Assembly: GCA_041478205.1 (NCBI GenBank)
Contig: JBGOVR010000001.1
Coordinates: 5,583 to 69,582 of the forward strand
Direction: 5' to 3'
Source: Candidatus Acidiferrum sp.
Lineage (GTDB): Bacteria > Acidobacteriota > Terriglobia > Acidiferrales > UBA7541
Length of the DNA: 64,000 nt
Position 1 is the first letter of the stretch; every line of letters begins with the position of its first letter. Under the pieces are notes generated by a model that saw nothing but the letters and a program-made list of their open reading frames with translations, did not search any database and was not told where the DNA came from. Made by a program: the position numbers and the translations under genes. This document shows positions 37,677-48,276 of this stretch, one piece after another.

Positions 37677-38588
37677 ATGAATATCTCTGCTACGCCCAGA
37701 TTCGGAATCCTTTCGAAAATTCTCATTAGCGTTTCCGCCCTCATCGGGCTCTACGTGTTCGGTTTGTTCGTGGCGCGTATGGCAGCGAACTCCCTATACC
37801 GCGGCATCGAGCAATCGAGGGCCACTGGCCTGGCCGCTATCGCGTTTCCCGGTTACCGCTCGGCCAACGAGCTCCTGAAATCCTTCGGGAACATCGTCCG
37901 CGCTGCGAGCCTGAGCGTTGAGGCACCACACTTTGAGGCCGCTCACTCGCGTCTGCTGGAAATCACCACGCAGGCCGGCGGCTTCCTGGATCAGTTGAAG
38001 ATTTATCATCAACCCGGTTTGCCTCCCTCGCTGGAAGCAACCATACGCGTCCCAGCGAATTCATTGGATTTTGCCGTCGCGTCGCTCCACGGCCTAGGGA
38101 CAATTAAACAGGAGACCCAAGCCAGTGAGAATACTCACGCCGAAAAAGATTCGCTGACCGGCCAACTCGAATCCAAACAGGCCGAACTGAAGCGCCTCAC
38201 CGACATCGTGCAACACCGCACCGGCTCGCTCAACGATACCGTCCAGGCGGAGGAGAAAATCTCACAACACCGGAATGAGGTCGGTGATATCGAGAGGCAG
38301 CTCAAGAAACTCGAATCACGGGTGGAATATGCTTTGGTCGAACTGCAGCTTACCGAACGATACGAAGCGCGTCTCGATTGGCGCGCCGCCGACTGCCTTT
38401 CCGATCTTCGAAGTTCCTCCATCGAAGGTGTGGACGCCATCCTCCTGTCGTTCGGGACCGTACTCGGCTTCCTGTTGCACTACGGCCTCCTGATTCTCCT
38501 GTGGGCGTTTCTGCTCTATTGGCCGGGGCGGACGATGTTGCGCCGCCATCGGAGTGGCACAGTACTGGCAGCTTCGACCGCTGCCTGA
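37677..38588 (+). CDS. DUF4349-domain membrane protein
   Basis: RBS AGGAGG; N- and C-terminal TM helices; IVRAASLSVE, TIRVPA, coiled coil ending RVEYALVEL. Confidence 0.8.
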   Translation: MNISATPRFGILSKILISVSALIGLYVFGLFVARMAANSLYRGIEQSRATGLAAIAFPGYRSANELLKSFGNIVRAASLSVEAPHFEAAHSRLLEITTQAGGFLDQLKIYHQPGLPPSLEATIRVPANSLDFAVASLHGLGTIKQETQASENTHAEKDSLTGQLESKQAELKRLTDIVQHRTGSLNDTVQAEEKISQHRNEVGDIERQLKKLESRVEYALVELQLTERYEARLDWRAADCLSDLRSSSIEGVDAILLSFGTVLGFLLHYGLLILLWAFLLYWPGRTMLRRHRSGTVLAASTAA

Positions 38589-38623
38589 AAAGCGAGCTTC
38601 CTTCGGCTCTAGTGGCTGCAACC

Positions 38624-38654
38624 GGGAACTTTTTGCCCTCTCGCGACATTACAC
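38624..38654 (+). promoter_or_regulatory. ECF-sigma-type (autoregulatory) promoter
   Basis: GGGAACTTTTT...CATTA, about 30 nt before ATG 38681. Confidence 0.55.
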
Positions 38655-38680
38655 TTAGTGAAAGACTCAGGCGGGAGACC

Positions 38681-39334
38681 ATGCAAGACGCACTGCCGGC
38701 GCTCGTTCTAAACTCGGAGGCTCTTCCTCGTAATGCCATGAACGAGACGCCCACCAACCCAGCGAACGCCACCACCGACGAGAAGCTCATGCTCGCCTTT
38801 TCACAAGGCTCCTCGGAGGCCTTTACCGAGCTCTTTCGCCGCTACCGGCAACCCCTCTACGGCTTCTTCCGCCGCCGCGTCACCGATCCGGCCCATGCCG
38901 AAGAGCTGGCCCAGGAGACCTTCCTCGCCCTACTTCGCTCCGCACGCCGCTACGAACCACGCGCTTTGTTCCGCACCTACCTCTACGCGATCGGCCTGAA
39001 GATTCTCCGCGCCGATCGCCGCAAAATCACCTTCCGAGCCGCATTCTTCGGCCAGCCGGACACGATCCCCGATCCCGCCAAGCAGGACGCCACCGAGTCG
39101 GGTCTCTGGGTCCGCCGCGCCATCGCAAATCTCGACGCCATCGATCGCGAAATTCTCCTCCTTCGTGAATTCGAGCAACTAAGCTACGCCGAAATCGCCC
39201 AGCTCTTGCGGCTCCCAGTCAACACCGTCCGCTCGCGCCTCTTCCGCGCCCGCGTGGCCCTCCGCCAATTATTGGAAGCTCCCGCACTGCAGCCTGCCTC
39301 GCAAAACGTTTCCGCGCTAGGAGAACGCACATGA
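38681..39334 (+). CDS. ECF RNA polymerase sigma-70 factor
   Basis: DEKLM..GSSEAFTELFRRY, AEELAQETF, FRTYLYAI, LSYAEIAQLL..PVNTVRSRLFRAR. Confidence 0.93.
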   Translation: MQDALPALVLNSEALPRNAMNETPTNPANATTDEKLMLAFSQGSSEAFTELFRRYRQPLYGFFRRRVTDPAHAEELAQETFLALLRSARRYEPRALFRTYLYAIGLKILRADRRKITFRAAFFGQPDTIPDPAKQDATESGLWVRRAIANLDAIDREILLLREFEQLSYAEIAQLLRLPVNTVRSRLFRARVALRQLLEAPALQPASQNVSALGERT

Positions 39335-40602
39335 ACACCTGCACGCACATCGTGGCTCCTGAAGAAATCATGGCCTACATGGACGGCGAACTCTCCGCCG
39401 ACCGCGCCGAATCTGTCGGCGCGCACGTGCAAGAGTGTGCTGACTGCCAAAATCTGACTACTTCTCTGCGCGATGCTTCCCAGCTACTCGGGACTTGGAC
39501 CGTCGCCAGCGCAGCCCCAAGTCCGCAGCTCGATCAACGTCTTTCCGAAACTGCCCGGAAATTATCCTCGGGCAAGGATCCGGCCAGTCGCTTCCCTTTT
39601 CTGGTATTTGCCGGACGCCATCGGATTCTATTCGCCGCTTCTGGTGCGGCTGCCCTTTTCCTTTTCTGGTTTGTGACGGCCCCCCTGCGCAATAACATCC
39701 CGGTGGATTTCGCTAAGTTTGCTAAGCCCGCGGCCTCAATCGACAAGTCGAAATCTGTGAAAACCCTGGGTATGAACGGGGCCTTGGCCGGTGGAGTCGA
39801 CACTATCGACTCTGGCCGCACAACAACCAGCGGCGTCCAACTATCGCAGGAGGAGGAAACCTCGAGCGACCCCGCGAACTCAACTCGGATGCCCGCGCAA
39901 CCCATGATCGCGCGCGCCGTTTCGCTGTCGATCGTCGTGAAAGATTTCGGCGCCTCGCGCGTTTCGCTCGATGCCATCCTTGCGCGCTACCACGGCTATT
40001 CCGCCAGCCTGACCGCCAGCACGGCGCAAAATGCCGCCCGATCGTTGCAAGCTTCTCTTCGCATTCCCGCCGCGAAACTCGCCGCCGCGGTCGCGGACCT
40101 AAAATCCCTCGGCCACGTCGAAAACGAAACGCAGAACGGCGAAGAAGTAACGCAGCAGCACGCGGACCTGATCGCCCGCCTCAAGAACTCTCGCGAGACC
40201 GAACAGCGCCTCCAGGCGATCCTTGTGCAGCGCACCGGCAAGATCAGCGACGTCCTTGCGGTCGAGCAGGAAATCGCACGGGTGCGGGGGGAGATCGAGC
40301 AAATGGAAGCCGAACAGAAGGCGCTCGAGCACCGCGTCGACTTTGCCACGATCGACCTGAACCTCGCCGAGGAGTACAAGGCCCAGATCGATTCGCCTTC
40401 CCCGTCCATCTCGACGCGACTCCACAATGCGCTGGTGGCCGGTTATCGCGGTGCCCTCGAAACCATGGTGGGTATCGTTCTTTTCTTCGCGGAGTACACC
40501 CCCTCGCTGTTGCTTTGGCTCGCTTTGCTCTTTCCCGCAGCGTGGTTCCTTCGGCGTCGCTGGCTACGCGCCCAAGTTTTCGGTTCCTCGCTCAATGCTT
40601 GA
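39331..40602 (+). CDS. Anti-sigma factor: zf-HC2 (ZAS) + TM + DUF4349 + C-terminal TM
   Basis: ATGA overlap with the sigma gene; AYMDGEL...HVQECADC; PMIARAVSLSIVV, GEEVTQQHADL, IARVRGEIEQME, RVDFATI. Confidence 0.88.
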   Translation: MNTCTHIVAPEEIMAYMDGELSADRAESVGAHVQECADCQNLTTSLRDASQLLGTWTVASAAPSPQLDQRLSETARKLSSGKDPASRFPFLVFAGRHRILFAASGAAALFLFWFVTAPLRNNIPVDFAKFAKPAASIDKSKSVKTLGMNGALAGGVDTIDSGRTTTSGVQLSQEEETSSDPANSTRMPAQPMIARAVSLSIVVKDFGASRVSLDAILARYHGYSASLTASTAQNAARSLQASLRIPAAKLAAAVADLKSLGHVENETQNGEEVTQQHADLIARLKNSRETEQRLQAILVQRTGKISDVLAVEQEIARVRGEIEQMEAEQKALEHRVDFATIDLNLAEEYKAQIDSPSPSISTRLHNALVAGYRGALETMVGIVLFFAEYTPSLLLWLALLFPAAWFLRRRWLRAQVFGSSLNA

Positions 40603-40925
40603 GCGTGCCGGGAAGGAACACCGCAAATAGTTAACGTTAACGGTCCATCGTCGCTGGCCCGCGTCCTGGCCTACGATCTCCAAAAGACTGGATGTATACG
40701 GAGATTCCCCTGTGGGATTCTGTAGTGTTGAGGGTCAAGTAAGGCGGCTCCGAATCTCTCGGACAGGCCTAACTCCTGTGCTTTCAAACGCCTGCTCATC
40801 TTTCGAGGAAGCACGAGCTCCTGGCAGCCCGCTTGCTCTCTTTTCTGCCAACAATACAAAGATTGGCTTCCCGGGGTGGCCGAAACCCAACCTCGACTGG
40901 GTTTTCGGTTTCGGGGGTCAGTTCA

Positions 40926-40960
40926 GAAAAAGGGGGCTTGCACCAGCCCCCTTTTTCATT
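40926..40960. terminator. Bidirectional-looking intrinsic terminator
   Basis: GAAAAAGGGGGCT-TGCACC-AGCCCCCTTTTTC, perfect 13-bp stem. Confidence 0.75.
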
Positions 40961-41130
40961 TTCTTGGTGGTTAGCAGAAGAAATTCCCGCGAGTGGGTTC
41001 CAGCACTTCTTTCGATAAGCGCGCAGCACGCTGCGCGTGTCTCCTCTGATCGCCCCTCACGCTCGATACTGCCATTCCTAGCCATCCACCGGCCCTTGAG
41101 GTCGCTGGCGCTCCGGCAATGGTGTGTTCC

Positions 41131-41166
41131 AAAAAAATGAGCGGCCGGTGGGGGGACCGGCCGCTC
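41131..41166 (-). terminator. Minus-strand intrinsic terminator with a C6 loop and no upstream CDS
   Basis: Minus strand GAGCGGCCGGT-CCCCCC-ACCGGCCGCTC-A-TTTTTTT. Confidence 0.75.
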
Positions 41167-41787
41167 GGGCGTGGGGAATGAGGGTACTGTGGTCTGAAGT
41201 CAGTTCTTTTCTTCGTCCCGGGCAAGGCAAGGGAGGACGGGTCGTTCCACTGCGCTCGCGAGCAGCAGGACGACGCACAGGAGCAAACCACCTACAACCA
41301 TGTTAATCGCTCCAAGATCAGAACTTACTTCCGATCACTTTGCGATTCTGCGGTCAGCCCCCTTTTTCGTCGATAGCCCACCCGGTTCATTTCTGGCAGT
41401 ACTCTTCGCTGCCCGCCGCATGGCCTGCCCGGTACCGTCGTACTGGCCCGCCTACGGAGGTGATTTTCGGTCAGCATCCGCTACTGGCGTTCGCGCTGCA
41501 ATGGGAGTCCAGAAGCTTGCAGGAAGTCTATCGAGCCGTGGTGTGCGCCTTAACAGGTGGGTTGATGAGCGCACCGGCTTCTGTTGATTCTGAGCCATCG
41601 TCAACTCTACTCGCCTGCTAAAGTTACGAACCTTTTGCAAGGTAGCACGCCCGTTGTTACTCGAGCTTGCCGGCGGGGTTGGCCTCCAGCGTCTCCCAAT
41701 TCCATTAGAATCATCACAACTTTCGCAGTAAAGATTTGCCGCCTTTCGTCCGATAAGTTCTTTGGCCGTCCCAGCGGCCAACTATCT

Positions 41788-42813
41788 ATGGGCGGCGTGC
41801 GTCGAAGTGGTCGAATCGCGAGGGAAATCCGCATTCTGTTGCTCGGCACCGACACCTCGGGGCACATTTTCTCCGAGGAGACGAGCACGGTGGTGCTGAG
41901 CCGCCACGGAGCGGGCATCGTTTCGAGACACAAGCTGGCCGCCGACGAAATCCTGACGCTTCGCCTCCTCGGCACCAGCGCCGAGGCCGGAGTGCACCTG
42001 GTCGGCCAGTTGGGACAAGAAACCCGCGGCTATACATACGGAGTCGAGTTCCTGGACCCGAACCTCGACTTCTGGGAACTGAAGTTTCCTCCTCCCACGG
42101 ATTGGCACAGCGACCCCGATTGCGCACTCGAGTGCAGCCACTGCCATGACCGCCAGGTCGTTCATCAAAGCGAGATTGAAGCGGACGTCTACGCTCTGAA
42201 TCAGAGCATTTTGAGGTTCTGCCCACGGTGCGGAACCTCTACAGTCTGGCACCAGGCGGCCATCGAAGACGTCACTCGAGCCGATGCGTCCCTGCCGTCC
42301 GCGCCCCCGCCGTCGGTGACCCCAGCGCTCGCAAATCAGGTAGTTCCAACGCCGGCGAGCTCACATTTGGCTAGCTCACATCTAACCAGTTCCTATTCTC
42401 CCGAGCCCGCTGTGGCACTGGCCGAAAAAGAGGCCCCAGTCGCAGTGGCAATCCACGAGGCGGCGCAGCCCGTCGTGATTCCACAGGTACCGATTCCAGC
42501 CTCGTTGGGCCGTGCCTCGAATCGGCGCGGCGGCATTCGCACGCGAGTGAGCTTTACAGCACGGGTCCGGCACGCCGACGTCGGCGACGAAGTCACTGAG
42601 TGCGACAACATCTCGAAAGCGGGCTTCTCCTTCCGAAGCCGCAAGTCCTACCCCGTGGGCTCCGCGATCGAAGTAGCGGTTCCCTACTCTCCCGGATGGG
42701 ACGCCATCTTCGTTTCCGCCTGCATCAAGCACGTCGAGGAGCTTCCCGGCGGAAAGCTCTTCCGCTACGGCGCGGCGTACACCAAGCCTCCGAAAAGCCC
42801 GCGCGACTCTTGA
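41788..42813 (+). CDS. PilZ-domain protein: degenerate PilZ + CxxC/CxxC zinc ribbon + linker + PilZ
   Basis: N-terminal RRSGR and LSRHG; CSHC and CPRC; C-terminal RRGGIR and NISKAG; start uncertain (ATG 41788). Confidence 0.8.
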   Translation: MGGVRRSGRIAREIRILLLGTDTSGHIFSEETSTVVLSRHGAGIVSRHKLAADEILTLRLLGTSAEAGVHLVGQLGQETRGYTYGVEFLDPNLDFWELKFPPPTDWHSDPDCALECSHCHDRQVVHQSEIEADVYALNQSILRFCPRCGTSTVWHQAAIEDVTRADASLPSAPPPSVTPALANQVVPTPASSHLASSHLTSSYSPEPAVALAEKEAPVAVAIHEAAQPVVIPQVPIPASLGRASNRRGGIRTRVSFTARVRHADVGDEVTECDNISKAGFSFRSRKSYPVGSAIEVAVPYSPGWDAIFVSACIKHVEELPGGKLFRYGAAYTKPPKSPRDS

Positions 42814-42834
42814 CTCGCATCCCCTGAAAAAACT

Positions 42835-42860
42835 GCCGGGCTTTGAAGCCCGGGGCTACA
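42835..42860 (-). repeat. GTAG-type REP-like palindrome
   Basis: Minus strand TGTAGCCCCGGGCTT-CA-AAGCCCGGC in the intergenic space. Confidence 0.5.
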
Positions 42861-42918
42861 TATCGACGGGCGGACCCTGTTTGGTCTAGCATAGCGTGCC
42901 GGCCGGAGGCATCTCGAA

Positions 42919-43905
42919 ATGGAAGAACAGCTGAGTCTAGAATTTTTGCGCGTCGTCGAGAACGGGGCGATTGCGGCGGCACGCACGATGGGATTTGGCG
43001 ACCGTCACAAAGCAGACGAGGTGGCGGTAGAAGCGATGCGAAAAACAATGGATGCCGTGGAGATGGACGGCACCATCGTGATCGGCGAGGGCGAGCGCGA
43101 CGAAGCGCCGATGCTGTACATCGGTGAAAAAGTGGGGCTGGCGACGCATGCGCCGAAGGCGCTGTTCCCCGAGGTGGACATCGCCGTCGATCCGCTGGAG
43201 GGCACGAATCTGTGCGCGATGGGAGCCCCGGGCGCCATCGCGGTGCTGGCGGCCAGCGAAAAGGGAGGGCTGTTGCATGCTCCCGACATCTATATGGAAA
43301 AGATCGTGGTGGGGCCGTCGTGCAAGGGCGCGGTGGAGCTGGATGCCCCGGTTGCGGACAATCTGAAATCAATCGCCAAGCGATTGGACCGCGACGTGGA
43401 AGATCTGGTGGTCATCGTTCTGGACCGTCCGCGGCACGAAAAGCTGATGGAAGAAATCCGCAAGGCCGGCGCGCGAATCCGATTGATTGGAGACGGCGAT
43501 TTGTCGGCGGGCATTTCCGCGGCGGTGGTGGGAACCAGCGTGCATGCGGTGATGGGGATCGGAGGCGCTCCTGAAGGGGTGTTGACGGCGGCGGCGCTGC
43601 GCTGCTTGAACGGGCAGATTCTGGCACGGCTGGTAGTGAGCAAGCCGCAAGACGCCGAGCGGCTAGCGAAAATGGGCGTGAAAGATCCCAAGCGAATCTA
43701 CGACACGGAAGACCTGGCGCCGGGAAAGAAAATGATCTTCGCATGCACCGGCGTGACGGACGGAAACTTGCTTAAGGGCGTGCGCTTCTTCGGCGAGGGC
43801 GTGCGCACGAGCTCGATGATCCTGACGCTGGACGACCGGCAGGTGCGGTTTATCGATTCAGTGCACCTGGAAAAGCGGCCCGACATGAAGGTCCGTTTCT
43901 ACTAG
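42919..43905 (+). CDS. glpX: Class II fructose-1,6-bisphosphatase
   Basis: [56 protein letters not shown]. Confidence 0.97.
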   Translation: MEEQLSLEFLRVVENGAIAAARTMGFGDRHKADEVAVEAMRKTMDAVEMDGTIVIGEGERDEAPMLYIGEKVGLATHAPKALFPEVDIAVDPLEGTNLCAMGAPGAIAVLAASEKGGLLHAPDIYMEKIVVGPSCKGAVELDAPVADNLKSIAKRLDRDVEDLVVIVLDRPRHEKLMEEIRKAGARIRLIGDGDLSAGISAAVVGTSVHAVMGIGGAPEGVLTAAALRCLNGQILARLVVSKPQDAERLAKMGVKDPKRIYDTEDLAPGKKMIFACTGVTDGNLLKGVRFFGEGVRTSSMILTLDDRQVRFIDSVHLEKRPDMKVRFY

Positions 43906-44246
43906 AACGGATTTGTCGCGCCGACATTCCCTTGCGTCTTGGCCTGATTTTGCGGATTCGGGCAGGCGCGTACGATTTGATACGTTAACTGTTGCTACGT
44001 GAAATGCGTCGCATGTAGGGAAAATCCCATCAGGTTTTTTGGTAGTTGAACGCGTGGCCCGCTCGGGCAAGTGTCCGCAATCTGTTCTCCAGACCAGTAG
44101 TCTCTTCCACACAAGGCGACCTACTCTCGGCTCACCCAGTCCCACCGCAACCAAGCAGTCATCGACGCGTTAGCTCAGAACAGTGATTGCAACTGAACGG
44201 AACTGCTTCGCGAGTTATGCGCAGAGATGGCCATGGGGGAGAAGCC

Positions 44247-46898
44247 GTGAAACGAATCTGGATCGCGCAAACCGGAATTCTGGCGCTCCTTCTATCAGGC
44301 TGCACGGGATTGGTGAAGAGCGGCGGCACGACGCCTCCACCGCCGGGGCAACTGACCGTGACTCCGGCGTCCGCGACGATCCGCGGCGGAGACACGCAAC
44401 CGTTCACCGCGCAGACGAGCGATGGCTCGACACCCGCGCTGGCGTGGTCCGTCAGCGGCGTTGCAGGCGGCAATGCATCGATGGGAATGATTAGCGCCAG
44501 CGGCGTTTACACGGCGCCACAATTTCCTCCCGCGCCGAATACGGTCACGATCGGCGTGACGGAGACCACCGACGCTTCGAAAACGGCGGGCAGTGCGGTG
44601 ATGCTGGAGAATCCTACTCCGCAACTCGCTTCCCTTACGCCCACTTCGATTCCCGTGGGAGCCTTTACGCTGACGGCCACGGGCTCAAACTTTGCGCCCG
44701 GCGCGACGATTCTTTTCGGAATGACGACGCTGACGACGACTCGCGTTTCGTCCACGCAACTCATGGCCACCGGCACAGCGACCACCAGCCAGGTCGGAAG
44801 CATCGGGGTCACGGTACAGAACCCAAATCCGGGACCCATTACTTCGGCAAAACTCAACGCACAGATTGTCGGCAATTCGGCGATCGCCGTGGCCGTGGCG
44901 CCGCCGAGCGCAACGGTTCGCGCGGGCGGCACGCAGAGCTTCACGGCGACGGTTATGGGAAGCACAAACACGAGCGTGACGTGGTCGGTGAACGGCGTCG
45001 CCGGCGGAAGCGCAACGACCGGCACGATCAATGCCGGCGGAGTGTACACCGCGCCAGTGAATCTGCCGAATCCGAACACGATTACAGTGACGGCGAGCAG
45101 CGCGGCCGATGCCACCAAGCAAGGGAACAGCGGAGTAACGCTGGAAAATCCGATCCCGGTGCTGAGCGCGGTCACTCCCAACACCCTGGGCACCGGCGCG
45201 TTCATGCTGACGCTGACCGGCAGCGGCTTCCTGAAGACCTCGGTGGTGAATTTTGGCGGGCAGGCGATCACGACGATGTACGTATCACCGACGGAGCTCG
45301 ATGCGACAGGGACCGTGGCGCCGGCGCAAACGGGTAGCGTTCCGGTGGTGGTGCAGAACCCCAATCCGGGAGGCGCAACGTCGGCAACGCTGATGGCGCA
45401 GATTCTCACCGGTGGAACCCCGGTGACGGCAGTAGCAGCGGCACGAATATTGGAGCAATCCACGTTTGGACCGACGCCGGAACTCATCAATCAAGTGCAA
45501 CAACTGGGCTTCGATCCATTCCTGCAGAACCAATTCACGGCTCCGGTTTCCACGTATTCCGATCCGCTGGCCACGGACTCGGGCGTCGGCAAGGTGCAAA
45601 CTCAGTTTTTTGTGAACGCGGTGAATGGCGGAGATCAGTTGCGGCAACGCCTGGGATTCGCACTGAATGAGATGTGGGTAGTTTCGCAGAACAAAGTGAG
45701 TGACCCGACCGGCTATACGAACTACGTGCGGGCATTGGAGAACGACGCACTTGGCAACTACTTCGACGTGATGAAGGACGTCACGCTGACCCCGGCGATG
45801 GGGCACTTCCTGGACATGGTGAACAATGACAAGCCTGGGACAGGCCAACACGCCAACGAAAATTATGCACGCGAGCTGATGCAGCTCTTTACGCTAGGCC
45901 TGAGCCAGCTCAATCCGGACGGGACGCCGCAGCTCGACAGCTCCGGCACTCCAATTCCCAGTTACACGCAGGACGACGTGATGGCGCTGGGACGCTCGCT
46001 TACCGGCTGGACGTACCCGACTACGCCGGGGCAAACGCTGCAGAAACACAACGCGTCGTATTACGGCGGGCCGATGGCGCCGTTCGAATCGAACCACGAT
46101 GGCGGCGCGAAAACGCTGCTGGGTCAGCCGGTCGCGACGGGGCTATCCGCCGAGCAGGAACTGGATGCGGTTCTTACGATTATCTTCAATCATCCGAACC
46201 TGCCGCCATTCGTCTGCAAACAACTGATCGAAAAACTGGTGACCAGCAATCCGAGCCCCGCGTATGTGGCACGGGTTGCGGCGGCTTTCGCGAGCGGACA
46301 ATTCCAAACCTACGGCTCGGGCAAGCGCGGGGACTTGCAAGCCACAGCGGCGGCGATCCTGTTGGATGCAGAAGCGCGCCGCGGCGATTTGCCGACCACG
46401 GCCGATGCAGGCGACGGCAAGCTGCGCGAGCCGGTGGTGATGATGATAGGCGTCGCGCGGGCTTTCCATGCGGCAACGGATGGCAGCGGCTTCACGAACT
46501 CGGGCGGCAACATGTCGCAGAGCCTCTTTAACTCGGGGAGCGTGTTCAATTTCTTCCCGCCGGCAAACCTCATCGCGGGAACGACGTTGAACGGGCCGGA
46601 ATTCGCTATTTTCAATACGAACACGAGCCTGACTCGCGTGAACTTTATCAATTCCATCGTCTTCGGGCAGATCAGCGGAGGCACGACGCTGAACTTCACC
46701 CCGGTGATCACGGCCGGCACGCCGGACCAGATGGCGGATTGGCTAAACAACTTGTTCCTGCACGGAACGATGTCCAGTGCGATGAGGCAGAGCATCGTGA
46801 CGGCGGTCAACGCGGTCAGCAGCACGGACACAAAGAATCAGGCGAGGGCAGCGATCTATCTGGTGACTTCGTCGTCGCAGTATCAGGTCCAGCGCTAA
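44247..46898 (+). CDS. DUF1800-family lipoprotein with duplicated N-terminal Ig-like modules
   Basis: Lipobox LLLSGC; two ~175-aa repeats ([21 protein letters not shown]); DUF1800 motifs [33 protein letters not shown]. Confidence 0.88.
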   Translation: MKRIWIAQTGILALLLSGCTGLVKSGGTTPPPPGQLTVTPASATIRGGDTQPFTAQTSDGSTPALAWSVSGVAGGNASMGMISASGVYTAPQFPPAPNTVTIGVTETTDASKTAGSAVMLENPTPQLASLTPTSIPVGAFTLTATGSNFAPGATILFGMTTLTTTRVSSTQLMATGTATTSQVGSIGVTVQNPNPGPITSAKLNAQIVGNSAIAVAVAPPSATVRAGGTQSFTATVMGSTNTSVTWSVNGVAGGSATTGTINAGGVYTAPVNLPNPNTITVTASSAADATKQGNSGVTLENPIPVLSAVTPNTLGTGAFMLTLTGSGFLKTSVVNFGGQAITTMYVSPTELDATGTVAPAQTGSVPVVVQNPNPGGATSATLMAQILTGGTPVTAVAAARILEQSTFGPTPELINQVQQLGFDPFLQNQFTAPVSTYSDPLATDSGVGKVQTQFFVNAVNGGDQLRQRLGFALNEMWVVSQNKVSDPTGYTNYVRALENDALGNYFDVMKDVTLTPAMGHFLDMVNNDKPGTGQHANENYARELMQLFTLGLSQLNPDGTPQLDSSGTPIPSYTQDDVMALGRSLTGWTYPTTPGQTLQKHNASYYGGPMAPFESNHDGGAKTLLGQPVATGLSAEQELDAVLTIIFNHPNLPPFVCKQLIEKLVTSNPSPAYVARVAAAFASGQFQTYGSGKRGDLQATAAAILLDAEARRGDLPTTADAGDGKLREPVVMMIGVARAFHAATDGSGFTNSGGNMSQSLFNSGSVFNFFPPANLIAGTTLNGPEFAIFNTNTSLTRVNFINSIVFGQISGGTTLNFTPVITAGTPDQMADWLNNLFLHGTMSSAMRQSIVTAVNAVSSTDTKNQARAAIYLVTSSSQYQVQR

Positions 46899-46917
46899 GG
46901 GCGGGGGGAGAAAGACC

Positions 46918-48276
46918 ATGACGCATCATACGCGGAGAGACTTTGTGCGGCTGGCGTGCTGCTCGGCAGCCACGGCATCGCTCGTCAGTGGACTGAGCAA
47001 GTTCGGGCTGGTGAGCGCGCTGGCGCAGGGCACCACGGATTACAAGGCGCTGGTGTGCATTTTTATGTTCGGCGGAAACGACTCCAACAACATGATCGTG
47101 CCGGTGGGCTCGCAGTACGCGAACTACCAAGCGATCCGCGCCAATCTGGCGCTGCCGCAGGCGTCGCTGCTGCCGTTGCAGGTTGGCGGCCAAGCGAATT
47201 TCGGGCTGCACCCGAATCTGTCGGAGCTGCAGGATCTCTTCAACAACAAGAAATCGATGGCGGTGCTGGCGAACGTGGGAACGCTGGTGCAGCCAACCAC
47301 GCGCCAGAACTATCAGAGTCACATGAGCCTGCCGCAAAATCTTTTCTCGCACTCCGACCAGCAGAATCAATGGCAGACGACACAGTTAGGCGGACTGCCG
47401 AACGCCGGATGGGCGGGAAAAGTTGCCGACAAGATCCAGGCGTCCTTCAACACCAGCGCGCAGTTCCCACCGATTCTCTCGGTTGCGGGCAACACGATCT
47501 TTTGCACGGGGGATACAACGCGGCCGTTCACGATGAATCCGGGGAGTACGCCGGGACTTAACGGCATCGACAGCTCCGCGGCGGCTCAGGCGAGGTTTCT
47601 GGCGGTGCAACAGTTGTTGACGCTGGATACGGGAATTTCCCTGGTGCAGGCTTCGAGTGCGGTGACCGGGCAGGCGATTCAAGAAGGCGTTTTGCTATCG
47701 ACCGCGCTGAAGAATATTCCGGCCATTCAGACGGTGTTTCCGGCGAATAACGGGCTGGCGTCGCAGTTGAAACAGGTCGCGCAGGTGATCGCGGCGAGGA
47801 GCGCGCTGGGAATCAGCCGGCAGATTTTCTTCTGCTCGATCGGCGGGTTCGATACGCATAGCGATCAGATCAATTCGCAGGTGGGGCTGTATACGCAGTT
47901 GAGCCCGGCGATGGCGGCTTTCTATCAAGCGACGCAGGAACTGGGTGTGGCCAATGAGGTGACGACGTTCACGTTGTCGGAGTTCAGCCGCACGTTCCAG
48001 CCGGGCTCGAACGGCGGAACGGACCATGCGTGGGGCGGTCACCAATTGATGCTGGGCGGCGCGGTGAAGGGCAACACAATGTACGGAACGTTTCCGACGC
48101 TGGCGCTTGGCGGACCCGACGATACCGGTAGCAACGGACGGTGGATTCCCTCGACATCCGTGGATCAGTACGCAGCGACGCTGGCGTCCTGGTTCGGAGT
48201 GGCGAATACGGATCTGCCCGCAATTTTCCCGAACCTGGCGAACTTCCAGACGGCGAACTTGGGCTTCTTGGGTTAG
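46918..48276 (+). CDS. DUF1501-family Tat-exported protein
   Basis: TRRDFVR signal; [42 protein letters not shown]. Confidence 0.92.
   Translation: MTHHTRRDFVRLACCSAATASLVSGLSKFGLVSALAQGTTDYKALVCIFMFGGNDSNNMIVPVGSQYANYQAIRANLALPQASLLPLQVGGQANFGLHPNLSELQDLFNNKKSMAVLANVGTLVQPTTRQNYQSHMSLPQNLFSHSDQQNQWQTTQLGGLPNAGWAGKVADKIQASFNTSAQFPPILSVAGNTIFCTGDTTRPFTMNPGSTPGLNGIDSSAAAQARFLAVQQLLTLDTGISLVQASSAVTGQAIQEGVLLSTALKNIPAIQTVFPANNGLASQLKQVAQVIAARSALGISRQIFFCSIGGFDTHSDQINSQVGLYTQLSPAMAAFYQATQELGVANEVTTFTLSEFSRTFQPGSNGGTDHAWGGHQLMLGGAVKGNTMYGTFPTLALGGPDDTGSNGRWIPSTSVDQYAATLASWFGVANTDLPAIFPNLANFQTANLGFLG

Noticed and set aside
40671-41781. Short ORFs in the 1.2-kb intergenic region
   Set aside because: They have no recognisable motifs or convincing RBS, and several run through terminator hairpins
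44507-45490. 327-aa Val/Ala-rich minus-strand ORF
   Set aside because: It mirrors the Thr-rich Ig repeats of the DUF1800 gene
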